Counted from the stretch's first letter, positions 1 through 7,169 are shown. The stretch: 10,264 nucleotides of DNA from an uncultured Nitrososphaeraceae archaeon (GCA_963837175.1 CAWIMJ010000028.1:1-10264); one strand, 5' to 3'. Notes: a model not told the origin generated them from the letters alone. Program-made: numbers and translations.

Positions 1-85
1 TGAAATTGGACAAGAAAAACGTCTAGTCCTACCTGTCTGTCACACACGACAGGTACTTTCCATTAAAAGGCAAATCTATTAATAA

Positions 86-274
86 TTAACAGTAGATATG
101 TGGCAATTCATCGGACATCATTAGAACTGAATCACCAGTCTTAATCTCTGCATGGATTATGCTCTTTCCATCAGGAGTATAATTACCATAGATTTCTTTA
201 GCACCAAACGCTCTTTTGTAAAAATCTATAGCCTTTTCAGTGTCCTCTACTTTTTGAGCCTGGTAGTCTGTCAA
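86..274 (-). pseudogene. Glyoxalase/VOC (PhnB-like) family protein fragment
   Basis: The translation KAIDFYKRAFGAKE...PDGKSIIHAEIKTGDSVLMMSDE matches the typical first half of PhnB/VOC proteins. It stops at 86 before the second beta-alpha-beta module, and the N-terminus (TTG start, KVKP in another frame upstream) looks disrupted. Confidence 0.8.
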
Positions 275-326
275 CTTTGGGTTTCACTTTTTATTCTCAC
301 GAGTCCCTTTAGAGAACTAATATCAG

Positions 327-345
327 TGCGGGTTCATTGGATGCA
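327..345 (-). repeat. Possible degenerate copy of the tRNA-3'-end-like motif
   Basis: Plus strand TGCGGGTTCATTGGATGCA aligns to 5291-5310 TACGGGTTCGGTGGGATGCA at 16 of 20 columns with one gap. Confidence 0.3.
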
Positions 346-415
346 GGACAAATTTGGCTCAAATATGCCACCCAGATTATTGTAGGATGTATTCGATTGA
401 ACATTGCATTTTTCA

Positions 416-423
416 TTTAAATA
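416..423 (+). promoter_or_regulatory. Putative archaeal TATA box (TTTAAATA) for the ORF at 450
   Basis: TTTAAATA begins 34 bp upstream of ATG 450, a spacing compatible with a leaderless or short-leader archaeal transcript. Confidence 0.35.
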
Positions 424-449
424 TCTTAGAGGAGATATATTATAGATTT

Positions 450-602
450 ATGGATGAATGGGATCCAGCCATTAATGATTTTGTATTAAGATGCAAAAGT
501 TGCTGGAAAACAAACAAGTATATCAAAATTATCCATACATCCCGGGAAAAATATTATTATGAAAAATGTTTGAATATATATAATAATCTATGCCATTGCT
601 AA
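450..602 (+). CDS. Small Cys-rich (CxxC...C...CHC) hypothetical protein, 50 aa
   Basis: In-frame ATG 450 within track ORF 354..602 gives MDEWDPAINDFVLRCKSCWKTNK...EKCLNIYNNLCHC. A TATA-like box lies upstream. It may be decayed. Confidence 0.45.
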   Translation: MDEWDPAINDFVLRCKSCWKTNKYIKIIHTSREKYYYEKCLNIYNNLCHC

Positions 603-635
603 ATCCAAAGAATTGGCCTAATTCTATTAGAAGAT

Positions 636-656
636 TACGGATCTGGAGGGATTTGA
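636..656 (-). other. tRNA 3'-end fragment (att-like site)
   Basis: Minus strand TCAAAT-CCCTC-CAGATCC-G-TA parses as a partial T-loop, 3' T-stem, 3' acceptor strand and discriminator G. It is 14/18 identical to the motif at 4003. The rest of the tRNA is absent. Confidence 0.65.
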
Positions 657-1002
657 GGCATGTTGGTAGGCGGATTCAATTCTATTTGGTCATTATAAAA
701 ACAGTTCAATTGGTCGAGGAGTTTGTGAATTGTTAATGACACACATTTAGGTCCACAAGTTTGTGAATCAAACATTGATATACTTTATGTACTAAAATGA
801 GTAGTCAAAATGTTTTTTCTCATGACGATATGATTTCTGTATAAAAGTAGGATTTCTATTATTTGACTCTAAACAGCTGTGATCGTGACTTTGATATTAT
901 TTTTCTCTTACGCACCAATCTTTTAGAAGTCTTTAATCTAATCCTTAACTTTTCCTTTACTTGTATTTTTCTTGTAGCTATTTATAAATTGTATATATCT
1001 AC

Positions 1003-1251
1003 CTAAACACCAGGACCTACAGCAGGATCCCAATCTGGATTGCCGTCTCCATCCATGTCAGAAGAACTGTCTACACCTTCGTAGTCAGGTTCATCTTCTT
1101 CTCCTGATAGTTCTTCTTCAGATCTTTTTGTTGTTCTTACCGGCTTTTCGTCCTCCGGTCTGACTATTGCTTCTTTTGGAACATCAGGAAATTCTCCTTT
1201 TTTACTATCTTCTTGGGTAGCTGCATTGTTAGTATCAGTATCTACAACCAT
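1003..1251 (-). CDS. Small acidic, probably disordered hypothetical protein (82 aa)
   Basis: Asp/Glu-rich ORF MVVDTDTNNAATQEDSKKGEFPDVPKEAIVRPEDE...DGDGNPDWDPAVGPGV. ATG 1251 is preferred over 1299 because the upstream 16 codons look like promoter sequence. Confidence 0.75.
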   Translation of the reverse strand: MVVDTDTNNAATQEDSKKGEFPDVPKEAIVRPEDEKPVRTTKRSEEELSGEEDEPDYEGVDSSSDMDGDGNPDWDPAVGPGV

Positions 1252-1317
1252 ATATCTCAGTGATAATACTTTGTACCCTACATGATTTAACAATTTCATA
1301 AAGTGTCAAGATTGGAA

Positions 1318-1332
1318 TGGGCCGGGTCGGAT
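1318..1332 (-). other. tRNA 3'-end fragment (att-like site), different tRNA species
   Basis: Minus strand AT-CCGAC-CCGGCCC-A parses as T-loop end, 3' T-stem, 3' acceptor strand and discriminator A. It has the same orientation and register as the other motifs. Confidence 0.55.
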
Positions 1333-1500
1333 CCAGAACAGAATTGACATTATATTTTGGCCCAGGGAAATGCAAACGAAAATTCATTTGAGTATGGTCA
1401 CTTGTGAACTGTCATCGACATAAAATATTGGTTCAAGGATATTTGCGAAGGTAGGTTTTAAATTAAACTATTAGAGCCAGAATAAAAGCTTTCTGCTTGC

Positions 1501-1590
1501 CGTCTTAAGATGGAAAAGGATGATCAACTACATATATACACGGATGGAGAAGAACTTTGTTTTAAAAAAGTTGAAATGCCAAAAATATAA
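1501..1590 (+). pseudogene. Remnant of an AbrB/SpoVT-like DNA-binding protein (C-terminal half)
   Basis: Manual translation RLKMEKDDQLHIYTDGEELCFKKVEMPKI* resembles the AbrB pattern L.l..GD.l.v...g..i.lkk. There is an in-frame stop a few codons upstream and no N-terminal half. Confidence 0.4.
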
Positions 1591-1611
1591 TTATATTAAA
1601 ATAAGAAATAG

Positions 1612-1651
1612 TTTATAGATGTGTGCATACATGTATTTTGCGTACACACAT
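1612..1651 (+). promoter_or_regulatory. TATA-like box followed by an imperfect inverted repeat (possible operator)
   Basis: TTTATAGA at 1612-1619, then arms ATGTGTGCATACA (1619-1631) and TGCGTACACACAT (1639-1651) with 10/13 complementary positions, just before ATG 1657. Confidence 0.35.
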
Positions 1652-1656
1652 TCGTT

Positions 1657-1974
1657 ATGAATATGCAAGTCCAGCCTGAACAGATACAACAGCAACAATC
1701 GCAGCAGCCGGTGCAATCAAAGCAACCAAAGCGCCAGCGGCGACAAAGGAAGAAGAATAAGAATACCATTACCGCCGCTGCTGACAAGCAACCGGAGATT
1801 ACCGCAGAAGCAAGGCTTAGACTTCATACAAAAAGGTATGCAGATCCGATCATCATGAATAATTATGATTCGCCTATAGATTCTAATGGGCAGCGCTTCT
1901 TACTCACAGTTTTTGCGCCTAAGAACGTAGATAAGCAATCAAGACCATTAGAAACACTCCTTGAAATGAATTAG
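1657..1974 (+). CDS. Hypothetical protein with Gln-rich and basic N-terminus (about 105 aa)
   Basis: Track ORF 1621..1974, re-started at ATG 1657 downstream of the TATA box. Poly-Q and KRQRRQRKKNK segments are followed by a short globular-looking region. Confidence 0.65.
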   Translation: MNMQVQPEQIQQQQSQQPVQSKQPKRQRRQRKKNKNTITAAADKQPEITAEARLRLHTKRYADPIIMNNYDSPIDSNGQRFLLTVFAPKNVDKQSRPLETLLEMN

Positions 1975-2047
1975 AAAATGACTCTGACATCTGGACGGTC
2001 TTAGAGTGACTTTAATTTTCAATAATTATTATTTTTGTTAATATCTC

Positions 2048-2617
2048 TTATTTTGCAAAAACAAATCCAGTAGTTGCCTTTGCTTCTATTAGACCCTTCA
2101 GCTGCTTAGACAGATCGATAGTTTCCTTCCTATAGTCTGCTATCTTAGCATCGTATCCTCTTAACACCTTACTGGCAGTTTGTTCATCTACCTTGTTTAA
2201 AATAACTGATTCTCTGAGTTGAGCTGCACCTCTAAGAACTCTATTATATCTATCTATAGCCATGTCAAGTTTCAACATAGTATACTGAGCATTGGAATAC
2301 ACATCCCAAAAAAAGGGCGAGGATATAGCAGCTTTTAGAGCGCTATTATACAGTTCCTCTATTTGTACATACAGATTACTATTACCATTATCGCCGCTGC
2401 TGCTTGACGAAGGTACGCTCTCCAGCAGCTGGTCATTTTCTTTCAATTCTCTGAGGACATGCTCAGATAAATGAACGGTATTTCTTTTGTGTCTCCGACC
2501 TTGTCTAAACCCGTTAATCCAATAGAAGATTATAAAGGCGATTATCAATGCCGCAAGTGCTACGATACCGGCCATTGCAGCAACTATAGCAGGTATTGCC
2601 ATAGCAGCGATCTTCAT
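2048..2617 (-). CDS. Membrane-anchored hypothetical protein; probably the C-terminal part of a frameshifted gene starting at 2963
   Basis: 189-aa ORF with a long hydrophobic segment (AIPAIVAAMAGIVALAALIIAFIIFYW), then a basic stop-transfer patch and a helical soluble domain. Confidence 0.7.
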   Translation of the reverse strand: MKIAAMAIPAIVAAMAGIVALAALIIAFIIFYWINGFRQGRRHKRNTVHLSEHVLRELKENDQLLESVPSSSSSGDNGNSNLYVQIEELYNSALKAAISSPFFWDVYSNAQYTMLKLDMAIDRYNRVLRGAAQLRESVILNKVDEQTASKVLRGYDAKIADYRKETIDLSKQLKGLIEAKATTGFVFAK

Positions 2618-2963
2618 CTAGTCTAGTTTTAATACCTTGTAATCTTGAATCTATCCTTTCTTCTACAACGTCAACTACTCTCTCTACCGATGAGCTGAGA
2701 TTGGTAGTCAAAATACTGGGGTCTCTGAGGATCGAAAGTAAACCATCGCCAGACGAAGGAGTATTAGTGGGGGCGGTGGTGGTAGTATTGTTTCGTCTTT
2801 GTCCTGAAAAAAGCTGCGCGTCAACCGTTGTTGATGTCAATGCAGGAAATACCAGAAAATAAGTTAATAACATACAAGAATAAATTGTAAACAAGACATA
2901 AGCCCAGCTGTTTCTTGTAGATGGTAACTTTGAAAAAAATCGATTAGTCCATGAAAGATTCAT
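2514..2963 (-). CDS. Signal-peptide/TM-bearing hypothetical protein; probably the N-terminal part of a gene frameshifted near 2618
   Basis: Hydrophobic N-terminal segment ending in VDAQ, a Thr/Ser linker and a coiled-coil-like stretch. After IKTRLD the ORF reads as out-of-frame sequence overlapping the 2048..2617 ORF by 104 bp. Confidence 0.6.
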   Translation of the reverse strand: MNLSWTNRFFSKLPSTRNSWAYVLFTIYSCMLLTYFLVFPALTSTTVDAQLFSGQRRNNTTTTAPTNTPSSGDGLLSILRDPSILTTNLSSSVERVVDVVEERIDSRLQGIKTRLDEDRCYGNTCYSCCNGRYRSTCGIDNRLYNLLLD

Positions 2964-3046
2964 ATCGTAACAAGCAATGAAAACTTATAATGATTTATAG
3001 TTTTTGGTTTAGAATAACGATGGATGATCAAATGCTAAAAAAGTAA

Positions 3047-3244
3047 GTAGGTCCTGATGGTTAGCTCTATGTTGTTTCACTTGGTCATGGAGCAATATGT
3101 AAGATTTTTCCAGCTACTGAAGTAGTTTCAATAACTGATGTAGAAGCAGACATAGAAGAAGAGGAAGAAGATAGTGACAAAGATTAAGAATAAAAAGAAC
3201 AATCTCTACTAGCAACAAATAAAGAAGAAGAAAAACAAGAATAA
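3047..3244 (+). pseudogene. C-terminal remnant of a PQQ-dependent sugar (glucose/sorbosone) dehydrogenase-family gene
   Basis: Manual translation VGPDG*LYVVSLGHGAICKIFPATEVVSITDVEADIEEEEEDSDKD*E*... contains the family's last-blade motif GPDGxLYV..l..G.IykI. Stops occur at 3062, 3185 and 3191. It is not in the ORF track. Confidence 0.7.
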
Positions 3245-3592
3245 CTTTTTCTCTCAGATATACATATGCCTTGCAATGGGACTTTAGCTTAGGATGATCA
3301 ATCTCTTTGAAATGCCTTGTAGCATGCAATAATCCCTCAGACGAATCATAATATCCATCCAACATTCCCACAAGTCAAATATAGTCAGCACATATGTCCT
3401 TGGCTTGCCTCTCATATTTTATTCTGGATAACGGTATATACCTTTTAGTTCTTCTGACGATAGGATTGTACTAGCGTAGACAATTTTGCCATTATTTCAT
3501 CTCAAACATTTATTTTTCTATCCCGCGTGTTTTAAGCTTTCTATAATAGCTTCAGAAGAATTTAATGCATACATAAATGAGTATAGCGGGCC

Positions 3593-3802
3593 GTGTTGCG
3601 TTATGCATTCTTTTCAACGGATAATATTGTAAATGATAACATTGTAACATGTCCTTTTCATGGAGCAAGTTTTGATATTATCTCTGGTAAGAAGGTCAAA
3701 GAGCCTATACTGACACCTTCGCAAGAAATGGAACCACTACCAAAAACGTGGCAGATGTATTTGGAACATGCAGGACAACTAATGGCTCATATTAAGACAT
3801 AG
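3593..3802 (+). pseudogene. Rieske 2Fe-2S protein fragment
   Basis: Contains Rieske box 2 (IVTCPFHGASFDIISGK) but has no intact CxH box 1 upstream. It has a GTG start and ends abruptly at HIKT*. Confidence 0.8.
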
Positions 3803-4002
3803 ATAAGCAAATCCACTGAAACTACAATTAGAAGAGATAGTGGTAATAAAGGGATTAAGTTATTGTCTTTTCAGGTTCTCAAATGTTGCTTCATACTGAA
3901 TATCTATCCGAAAATCATCCATCTAGGATTCTCTTTAACGAATTAAGAAATATTAGGATATGATAAATATTATAATATTATAATATAAATAGATGTAAAT
4001 TC

Positions 4003-4019
4003 TACGGGTTCGGTGGGAT
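4003..4019 (-). repeat. 17-bp direct repeat copy 1; tRNA 3'-end fragment (att-like)
   Basis: Plus strand TACGGGTTCGGTGGGAT is identical to 5291-5307. The minus strand reads (A)AT-CCCAC-CGAACCC-G-TA. Confidence 0.85.
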
Positions 4020-4327
4020 TAGGTCCCCGCATGTATAAGGGGTTCTGTCACTTAGGTTTATTTAGCTTCCTTCATCATCTCTACGGCCATGAAAGACGCA
4101 CAGGAGTGAATCTGAAGTCGCTTTTATATAAAAAAAGTGAAGTGGTTAACTGCTTTCCATATCTAGTCAGATAATGATTACAATTCTTGCAGTAAATCCA
4201 AAGATTACAGTAGACTTGCGTTCTTAACAATCGCAGAATATTTTTTTATACTATCCAGCATCCTTCAGTATATTGGTGTTCAATAAAGGACAACATAGAA
4301 AAGTAATTATGATCACTAATACAATTA

Positions 4328-5260
4328 ATGAAAAAAATTATCCTAGGTTTACTTTCTCTATCGTTAATTATTGGATCTTTAGCCTTGCCGATGAGCATGG
4401 CCAACTATAGGGTGATACCATTTGCATATGCTCAAACAAATGCTGCTATGTTGACTGCTTTAGCAGCAAATAATAACAACAATGATAGCAACTTTATAAA
4501 TAATACCACAGTGTCTAGCGCTACAGCTAATACCATTACCTCTAATGATAGTAATACTACTCAAGGCTTACAAATCAAAACAGGACTCAATTATTTTGAC
4601 AGTAGTTTGGGTTATCTCGTGTACCCTTCATCTACTACTGACAAGAAATTTCCAGCAGTAATAATGATTCATGAATGGTGGGGCATAAACGACAATATAC
4701 GAAGTATGGCCAACATCCTTGCTAAGCAAGGCTATGTAGTATTGGCAGTTGATTTATTCAAAGGTCAGTCAGCTAAAGAGCAGAACCAGGCTATGCAACT
4801 AGTAAGGGCAGCCAGTAATAATCCTGAACAGTCTATTTCTAATTTAGAAGCAGCAGTAAAGTACGTAAGCTCCCTTCCTTTCGTTGATGGTTCTAAAATA
4901 TCTTCTATTGGTTGGTGTTTTGGTGGAGGACAATCGCTGCAACTAGCATTACATAGCGAACAACATCCATTAGTCGCAACTATATTATACTATGGAACTC
5001 CATTGGTCACAGATAAACAAGAACTCTCAAAGATAAAATGGCCTGTGCTTGGAATATTTGGCGATAAAGACCAATCTATTCCATTGTCAAAGATACAACA
5101 ATTCAAAGCAGCACTAGATGGTACTGGTATATCAAATGAAATTCACATATACAAAGGATTAGGACATGCATTTGCAAATCCTTCCGGAGGTAATTATGCT
5201 CCAAATGAAACTGTAGATGCTTGGCAAAAGACATTGGCATTTTTGAAGAAATACACATAG
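4328..5260 (+). CDS. Dienelactone hydrolase family protein (alpha/beta hydrolase) with signal peptide
   Basis: Motifs IHEWWG, GYVVLAVDLF, nucleophile GWCFGG, GDKDQSI (Asp) and GLGHAF (His). The N-terminus has MKK plus a hydrophobic stretch and AYAQ, followed by an Asn/Thr-rich linker. Confidence 0.95.
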   Translation: MKKIILGLLSLSLIIGSLALPMSMANYRVIPFAYAQTNAAMLTALAANNNNNDSNFINNTTVSSATANTITSNDSNTTQGLQIKTGLNYFDSSLGYLVYPSSTTDKKFPAVIMIHEWWGINDNIRSMANILAKQGYVVLAVDLFKGQSAKEQNQAMQLVRAASNNPEQSISNLEAAVKYVSSLPFVDGSKISSIGWCFGGGQSLQLALHSEQHPLVATILYYGTPLVTDKQELSKIKWPVLGIFGDKDQSIPLSKIQQFKAALDGTGISNEIHIYKGLGHAFANPSGGNYAPNETVDAWQKTLAFLKKYT

Positions 5261-5290
5261 TAACCTCATTTTTTCATTTCCTTCAGAATT

Positions 5291-5307
5291 TACGGGTTCG
5301 GTGGGAT
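5291..5307 (-). repeat. 17-bp direct repeat copy 2; tRNA 3'-end fragment (att-like)
   Basis: Exact copy of 4003-4019, 1288 bp downstream and 30 bp after the hydrolase stop codon. Confidence 0.85.
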
Positions 5308-5310
5308 GCA

Positions 5311-5324
5311 ATACACTAGTGTAT
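5311..5324. repeat. Perfect 14-bp palindrome ATACACTAGTGTAT
   Basis: The sequence equals its own reverse complement and lies 3 bp from the att-like motif. Confidence 0.7.
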
Positions 5325-5769
5325 GTAATCTACTTGCACAATGTAAAATGGTTTAGTCTAAGAGGGTATTTAATTTGCTTTTAACAAGATATAATTATCT
5401 TTGAATTTTGATTCGGCAGCAACGGCATAGACCAATACTTCAGTTAGCCATCCTGCGAACATACAATAACTTTTTTTCAAACTGTCTCATTACCAATGAA
5501 ACTAAATGCAGCACATCGTGAATATGGGGTAACTTTTCCTATGAAGGAAGAATGGTATTTTACTTTCTTTAGGCTCGAAACATTGTAATGACAAGTCTGA
5601 CGTACCTTGATTCTTATATTAGATATAGGCTGGGATCATCTTACAAAGTTTGTATGAAAGAAGAGTGAGAAATATCGTTGCTTCCTAAAACCCTTTTGCA
5701 TGGTAAGATTTTCTCTTATAATTCAATGTTATAGTAGAATATAGGTGACATCATCATCTAATGAAGGTG

Positions 5770-6711
5770 TTATAACTGTAGTTTGTATGTATATGCAAAT
5801 TCAGTCTTTGTCTTAGCAGTATTAAGATCTACAAATTCTTGTTCTTTTAGTAAGGAAAGATAAAAATCATTTGTCTTCCTTACTAAAGAGAGTGGAAATT
5901 CCTCCAAATACAAATTTCCGTTAGATCTATTTGCTTTGTTTACGTGTTTTACATAATAATCAAAAGAGAATTCTACAATTTCAGGAATTACTTTTTTTTC
6001 TTCATCTAGCAAATACCAAAAACTAAGAGATAAATCATCAGTAGTATCGTTTTTGTCCAAAGATTTGATCATTCCAAGCTTGATGGAAATTTCTTTTACT
6101 TCAAAATTATTAACTTTCTGCAATTCAGTATCAACATCAATATTCAATACATTCAAACCTGGAAAAATTGATAAAAGATCTGCTATGGTATTTGGCTGTA
6201 GTTCCTTTTTAGTATGAAATGATACAGAATGAGAAAATTTGCTAGCAAAGTCTGGAGAGTTTGAATTTGTACTTTCAACTCTTGGAATTATGTCTTCTTC
6301 AAATTCAAATTTAGCTTTGAGTTTTTCTTCTTTTTCTCTTATGTTAGGTGAAAGGTCATATGATGCTGATATATATCTATCTGAATTCCTACACTTCAGA
6401 TCAGTTACATAATCGTCATCTTTCTCTTTTCTTATCCTAACTAAGAATTTATTTTTTTTATAAAGCTCAAAATTTTGGGTATCTAAATACCATACTCTTC
6501 TCTTTTTTTCTCCATTGTCATGCTTCTTGTCTTTCCTATCAAAATATACTTGTTCTCCTTCTCTTTTTCCTTCTTTCACATTCAGTATCTCAATTTGAGA
6601 TTTTATGATATCCAAAAAATCCTTTATGCCCTTGTCCCTTTCTTCAAATTTGCTTGTTCTGAGCATCAGTTTGTATTCACGTCCTGTTATAGGTCGATTA
6701 GCATAGGTCAT
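5770..6711 (-). CDS. CYTH-like (triphosphate tunnel metalloenzyme fold) protein
   Basis: N-terminal REYK, then WYLDTQNFEL, VRIR, LKCR, EFEEDI, VEFSF and a C-terminal KTEFAY follow the order of CYTH motifs. ATG 6711 is preferred over GTG 6720, and TTATATA lies at 6757-6751. Confidence 0.75.
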   Translation of the reverse strand: MTYANRPITGREYKLMLRTSKFEERDKGIKDFLDIIKSQIEILNVKEGKREGEQVYFDRKDKKHDNGEKKRRVWYLDTQNFELYKKNKFLVRIRKEKDDDYVTDLKCRNSDRYISASYDLSPNIREKEEKLKAKFEFEEDIIPRVESTNSNSPDFASKFSHSVSFHTKKELQPNTIADLLSIFPGLNVLNIDVDTELQKVNNFEVKEISIKLGMIKSLDKNDTTDDLSLSFWYLLDEEKKVIPEIVEFSFDYYVKHVNKANRSNGNLYLEEFPLSLVRKTNDFYLSLLKEQEFVDLNTAKTKTEFAYTYKLQL

Positions 6712-7169
6712 AATGTTCACTCTGTCTCAGTCTATTTCTAGACTTTGCTCTATATAAGGAACAATTAATGAACATATTAAATCTGTTTTTAGAATAGATC
6801 AATTACCCGTAAGAGGCTATCAGAAGGCTGCTGGAATAGTACTCTTATCAGTACTTCTATACCAGGGTACTTGTCTATTACAATTATAAAACCAGACATA
6901 GTCAACGACCAAAAGCAATCAAACACATGTTATGTAGTTAATATGTCACTAAATGATTGATGAAAAAATGTAGAATTGAATTATGCCCATGTCTCAATTA
7001 GTTAGATTACTCTTCCTTTGACGACAGTCCTTGAGATGACCCAATATGTTAGATGTCTTTGGAAAAACCAAAATAACTAACTGCTGCCGATAGGCTATGC
7101 AAGATGAAATCACAGCAATCGATATACCTAAAATAACTAGGTTATTTATTATCTATTGTCGTCTAGCCA

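Noticed and set aside
152-385. Track ORF, 77 aa (+)
   Set aside because: Antisense shadow of the glyoxalase fragment with no motif.
664-679. TGGTAGGCGGATTCAA as another tRNA-end fragment
   Set aside because: The minus strand gives TTGAAT-CCGCC, but the following TACCAAC is not a plausible archaeal acceptor strand.
720-768. 11-bp direct repeat AGTTTGTGAAT at 720 and 758
   Set aside because: Only two short AT-rich copies, with no third unit or associated genes.
1596-1787. Cys-rich 63-aa ORF (-), superficially metallothionein-like
   Set aside because: The Cys codons are the antisense of CAA/CAG poly-Gln codons of the plus-strand gene.
1981-2007. Hairpin between convergent genes (ACTCTGAC...GTCTTAGAGT)
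   Set aside because: Short bulged stem, too weak to call a terminator.
2292-2474. Track ORF, 60 aa (+)
   Set aside because: Antisense to the membrane-protein gene.
3114-3244. Leu-rich 'transmembrane' tail of track ORF 3114..3371
   Set aside because: It is the antisense of GAA-rich acidic codons of the plus-strand dehydrogenase remnant.
3967-3986. 20-bp palindrome ATATTATAATATTATAATAT just left of the att-like site
   Set aside because: Pure A/T tandem of an 8-bp unit; the symmetry follows from low complexity.
4041-4055. GGTTCTGTCACTTAG resembling an IS6-family terminal repeat
   Set aside because: I saw no inverted partner and no transposase remnant in the window.
327-5307. The recurring motif as a CRISPR repeat or as complete tRNA genes
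   Set aside because: Spacing is hundreds to thousands of bp and irregular, and no D-arm, anticodon arm or 5' acceptor strand is present next to any copy.
6520-6741. Track ORF, 73 aa (+)
   Set aside because: Antisense shadow of the CYTH-like gene.
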